DNA of 64,000 bases, from assembly GCF_046119375.1 (NCBI RefSeq), contig NW_027362765.1, positions 151,404,001 through 151,468,000 of the forward strand, written 5' to 3'. Position numbers and translations under genes: made by a program. This document shows positions 59,546-64,000 of the stretch, in pieces; the stretch's first letter is position 1, and every line of letters begins with the position of its first letter. Under the pieces are notes generated by a model, which was given only the letters and a program-made list of their open reading frames with translations, ran no database searches and was not told where the DNA came from. The stretch is from Phyllobates terribilis. Taxonomy: Eukaryota.

Positions 59546-60577
59546 TGTGGCACCCCAGGGGTCTGGTTACCACAGTAATAGAAATATTATGTCTGAGAGC
59601 AAGTGGGAGGTTTCCTGGTCAGGAGCCCTTAAGCATACAACACCTCCTGCCCAGACCTGGGAGGGGAGGAATCTGCTCTTATAAACTGGGTCTGGGGCGG
59701 GATTAGTCAGTCAGAGCCTGGAGTGAAGTTCCAGACACAGGGCAAGAGACAGCTAGGAGCTCTGTAGGAGCAGGAGCTGAGTGCCAGGGACTGGAAGCAG
59801 ATATATTGCTCGTCCTGGCTGAAGAGACTACTACCGGACAACGGAGTCCAAGGCTGTGGGAACCTCTTAGTCCAGCAGCAGAACCCAGCCGGCAGGGGAT
59901 TCCACGTCCTCTGGCCATAGAAGCCCGGAGGCTCAGTCACAAGGAAGGGACCAGCACCGCCATCGAGGAGCGGAGGCTATCAGAAGGCCCCAAGTCACCA
60001 GCCATACGGTATACTCAGGGACGTGGGCTACTTCCACTCGCTTACAGCAAGGTAGCCAGGAAGAGTGCAGATAGACGGGGAGGCCTACAACTCCACCTGG
60101 CCAGGGGAACTCCTGCTTGCTCGCAGACTGACCAGGCCCCTTATGCTAGCCAGTACTCCCGGGAGGGTCTGCCTTAATATCATCAGTAAAGACCCTAAAC
60201 TGCACTGCAAAGACTCTGAGTCGTTTCTGCTTTCTCACCGCATACAGCACTACTAGTACTGGGACGCCTGCGCACCATAACTCCCATCATCCACGTTCCC
60301 TGCCCTGAGGCTATACTCTTCCCGTGGGGAGTTATCCCATCCTTTGCTGCGCACACCACACCAGCCTCAGCGGTCTGCCTCGCAGCGGCGGTACACCCTG
60401 ACCGCAATCCACTGGTGGCGTAGTCGGACATTAAACCACAAAAAAACCTATAAAGACTGCCACTGGTTTGACCACCCTGAGCCACGGGACCGGGTCGCCG
60501 CCACGGAGACTACAACCCCCAGAGACCCGGCTCCGGGTATCCCACACACGTGCACACACGGCCCAGGGGGCGCGTCA
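59546..60577 (+). repeat. 3' LTR (1032 bp)
   Basis: Direct repeat of 52501-53547 lacking the 15 bp at about 52965-52979. Confidence 0.97.
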
Positions 60578-60744
60578 GTACCATGTAAAGACACATATAA
60601 CTGATTAATCTTTATTAAAAGGGTCATTATTATTATTATTATTTATTACGAGGGTTTGTCTTTAAATGGTACCATATAAAGACACCTATAACTGTTTGAT
60701 TAACCTTTATTAAAAGGGTCATTATTATTATTATTAATTATTAT
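60578..60744. repeat. Tandem duplication of a ~70-bp unit plus (ATT)n; the first copy is split by the provirus
   Basis: 52476-52500 plus 60578-60625 equals 60648-60720. Confidence 0.85.
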
Positions 60745-63390
60745 AGCGCCATTTATTCCATGGCGCTTTACATGTGAAAAATGGGGTATACATAGTAAAA
60801 ACACTTACAATAATCTTAACAAAATGAGTTAGCGACTGGTACAGGAGGAGAGAGGACCCTGCCCGCGAGGGCTCACAATCTACGAGGAATGGGTGAGGAT
60901 ACAGTAGGTGGGGGTAGAGCTGGTCGTGCAGCAATGTCGTGGAGCGGTGGTAACTGCAGGTTGTAGGCTTGTCGGAAGAGGTAAGTCTTCAGGTTTTGAA
61001 TGTTTCCGAGGTAGGCGAGAGTCTGATATGTTGGGGTAGAGAGTTCCAGAGTAGGGGGGAGGCACAGGAGAAATCTTGTATACGATTATGGGAAGAGGAG
61101 ATAAGAGGGGAGTAGAGCAGGAGATCTTGTGAGGATTAAAGGTTGTGTGCAGGTAAATACCGCGAGACTAGGTTATAGATGTATGGAGGAGACAGGTTGT
61201 GGATAGCTTTGTATGCCAGGGTTAGGGTTTTGAACTGGATTCTCTGGGCAATGGGGAGACAGTGAAGGGATTGACAGAGGGGAGAGGCCGGGGAATAGTG
61301 GGGGGACAGGTGGATTAGTCTGGCAGCAGAGTTTAGGTTAGATTGGAGAGGGGCGAGAGTGTTGGAAGGGAGGCCACAGAACAGGAGGTTGCAGTAGTCG
61401 AGGTGGGAGATGATGAGGGCATGCACTAGTGTTTTTGCAGAGTCTATGCTGAGGAATGCGCTGATGCGGGAGATGTTTTTGAGTTGGGAGTTGGCAAGAA
61501 GTGGAAAGGGATTGGATATGTGGTTTGAAGGAGAAATCAGAGTCTAGGGTTATCCCGAGGCAGTGAGTTTGCGGGACTGGGGAGAGTGGGCAGCCATTGA
61601 AGTTGATGGATAGGTCAGATGGGGGGGATGAATGAGAAGGTGGAAAGATGATGAATTCTGTTTTATCCTTGTTACGTTTTAGAAATCTGGCAGAGAAGAA
61701 GGATGAGATAGCGGACAGACATTGTGGGATTTTAGTTAGTAGGAAGGACATATTGGGTCCAGAGAGGTAGATCTGTGTGTCATCAGCATAGAGGTGATAC
61801 TGAAAGCTGTGAGACTCTATGAGCTGTCCCAGGCCAAAGGTGTAGATGGAGAAGAACAGAGGTCCTAGAACTGAATCTTGGGGGACACCGACAGATAGGG
61901 GGCGAGATGAGGAGGTGGTGTGCGAGTGGGAGACATTCAATGTCCTGTCTGTTAGGTATGAGGAGATCCAAGACAGGGTCAAGTCCGTGATACCAAGAGA
62001 TGAGAGAGTCTGTAGTAAGAGGGAATGGTCGACTGTGTCGAAGGCAGATGACAGGTCCAGGAGGAGGTGGACAGAGTAGTGTCACTTGGATTTGGCGGTT
62101 AGTAGGTCATTGGTGGTTTTGGTCAGGGCAGTTGCAGTCGAGTGATGCGGTCGGAAGCCAGATTGTAAGCGATCGAAGAGGGAACATGAGGCAAAGTGGA
62201 AGGACAGTACAAGTTGGACGTGTTGTTCCAGTAGTTTTGAGGCATAGGGGAGAAGTGATATGGGGCAGAAGCTAGTCAGAGAGGATAGGTCAAGGGAGGG
62301 CTTTTTGAGGGGAAGACACCAGTTATTAGTGACAGGTTGAAGAGGTGTGTTAGGGTTGGGATGAAGACTGTGGTAAGGTTAGGGATGAGGTGGGATGGGT
62401 TTGGGTCAAGTTCACAGGTGGTGAGGTGTGACTTGGAGAGTAAAGAGGAGACTTGATCTTCTGTAATGGTGGAGAAGTGGGGTTTAGAGGAGGAAGGTTG
62501 AGTAGATATATATGATGGGGCTGTGGGGACTTTAGTGAAAAGCTTTGTATGCCTCATCATTTATTTTTCAACAGGACAATGACCCCAAACACACCTCCAG
62601 GCTGTGTAAGGGCTATTTGACCAAGAAAGAGAGTGATGGGGTGCTACGCCAGAGGACCTGGCCTCCACAGTCACCAGACCTGAACCCAATCGAGATGGTT
62701 TGGGGTGAGCTGGACAGCAGAGTGAAGGCAAAAGGGCCAACAAGTGCTAAACATCTCTGGGAACTCCTTCAAGATTGTTGGAAGATCATTTCCGGTGACT
62801 ACCACTTGAAGCTCATCAAGAGAATGCCAAGAGTGTGCAAAGCAGTCATCAAAGCAAAAGGTGGCTACTTTGAAGAACCTAGAATATAAGACAAATTTTC
62901 AGTTGTTTCACACTTTTTTGTTAAGTATATAATTTCACATGTGTTAATTCATAGTTTTGATGCCTTCAGTGTGAATGTACAATTTTCATAGTCATGAAAA
63001 TACAGAAAAATCTTTAAATGAGAAGGTGTGTCCAAACTTTTGGTCTGTACTGTATGTCTGTAAGAGGGAGGAGGGATTCAGAGAGTGTAGGTCAAGGTGT
63101 TTGAGGTTTCTGCGAGTGTGCAACTTTTTGGAGTGGGGATTGTGGACCTGGAGAGGAGAGGGCAGAGAATGTAAGTAGGTTGTGGTCGGAGAGAGGGAGA
63201 GGAGAGTTATAGAGGTTAGATAGGGAACATAGGTGGGTGAAGATTAGGTCCAGAGTGTGGCCATCTTTATGAGTGGCTTCGGAAGACCATTGAGCAACGC
63301 TGAAGGAGGAAGTGAGGGATAGGAGCTTAGAGACAGATGAGTGGGAAGTGTCGATGGGGATGTTGAAGTCACCCTTTATGATAGTGGGAA
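60721..63390 (-). mobile_element. L2-clade LINE, 5'-truncated and frameshifted
   Basis: APE remnants (GDFN, THKDGHTLDLIF, SDHNLL), RT ([19 protein letters not shown]), [12 protein letters not shown], 3' stem-loop GCGCCAT-GGAATAA-ATGGCGC and (AAT)n tail. Confidence 0.9.
62556..63052 (+). mobile_element. 5'-truncated copy of the DD38E element inside the L2
   Basis: FQQDNDPKH...NPIE...YFEEPRI* followed by the TIR ending ...ggtctgtactg|TA. Confidence 0.92.
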
Positions 63391-64000
63391 TGTCCTCTTT
63401 TTATGTTAAAGGCTTGCTAGACATGGTGTAAAAATAAAAAGTACAGCATAATAACATTGTGAGCCTTTTTTTCTCCCAGTGGGTCACCTACCGCTTTCCA
63501 AATTTATTTCCATCAGATGGGATGGCATGTGACCACTGATGCCATTGGTTGTTCGTAAACTGGCAAGTATCCTATTACGGTTGTATGGACATCTGACTGC
63601 TGCAACCAATGCCTGCAATCCCCTATGAGGATAGGAAGCAAAAAGAGTGGCAGGAGTCTGGGTACTGCTAGGATAAAACTGTCAGGGGATCAATAGGTGA
63701 GTATGTGGTATCCTTTATATTTACTCCATGCTTAGCAGCTGTTCAAAGTGATAAAAAGAGGTGGACAACCCATTAAAAATTTTTGGGGAGCAGGAATCTG
63801 AGGAATGGGAAAAACAGAAAATCCACTTTCGCTTTTAGTCTTTTTTTGCAGTGCGGCTCGAAGGGGAAAAAAATCCTTTCCTAGGAAAATATTAAATAAC
63901 ATTTCTTTACCTCTTGTGTAGGGAAAAATAAAAAAAGATGAACGTGAGAATTAATGTCTTGATTCCAATGAGACCTTCTATTGTGGATCTTCTGTGTTAT

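Larger units (their letters stand above)
52501..60577 (+). mobile_element. Near-intact Ty3/Gypsy LTR retrotransposon (8077 bp)
   Basis: TG...CA LTRs, GTAC/GTAC TSD, PBS, PPT, gag and intact pol. Confidence 0.98.

Overview
Eukaryotic (amphibian, most plausibly frog) genomic DNA, not prokaryotic. The window opens on the last 14 codons of Frizzled-2 (YTRLTNSKHGETTV*, which the ORF track misses) and its 3' UTR. The remaining ~63 kb has no host exon I can recognise, and by hand tally about two-thirds of it is transposon-derived. Large elements: a near-intact 8.1-kb Ty3/Gypsy provirus (52501-60577; intact pol, -1 frameshift signal UUUAAAC plus pseudoknot, gag broken by 1 bp), two related solo LTRs, a decayed SCAN-domain Gmr1-like Gypsy with inverted pol order PR-IN-RT-RH (43912-50894), and a 4.1-kb Sola2-like DNA transposon (22708-26824). 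Four Tc1/mariner lineages are present: DD34E with an intact ORF, DD37E/TRT-like, DD38E/Intruder-like and a DD41D/Visitor-like derivative. Also present: L1, L2 and CR1 fragments, tRNA-derived SINEs, hammerhead-like Penelope-type remnants, two MITE-borne minisatellites, many Harbinger- and Kolobok/T2-type MITEs, and one 136-N assembly gap. I found no CRISPR array or novel protein-coding system. The most unusual signals are cis-features of the Gypsy family (a second PBS-like motif conserved inside all four LTRs, a PPT copy before gag, a phased YY1 array), a chimeric-TIR Visitor derivative, and a preserved empty-site duplicate beside the provirus. Family names come from motif recall, not database searches.
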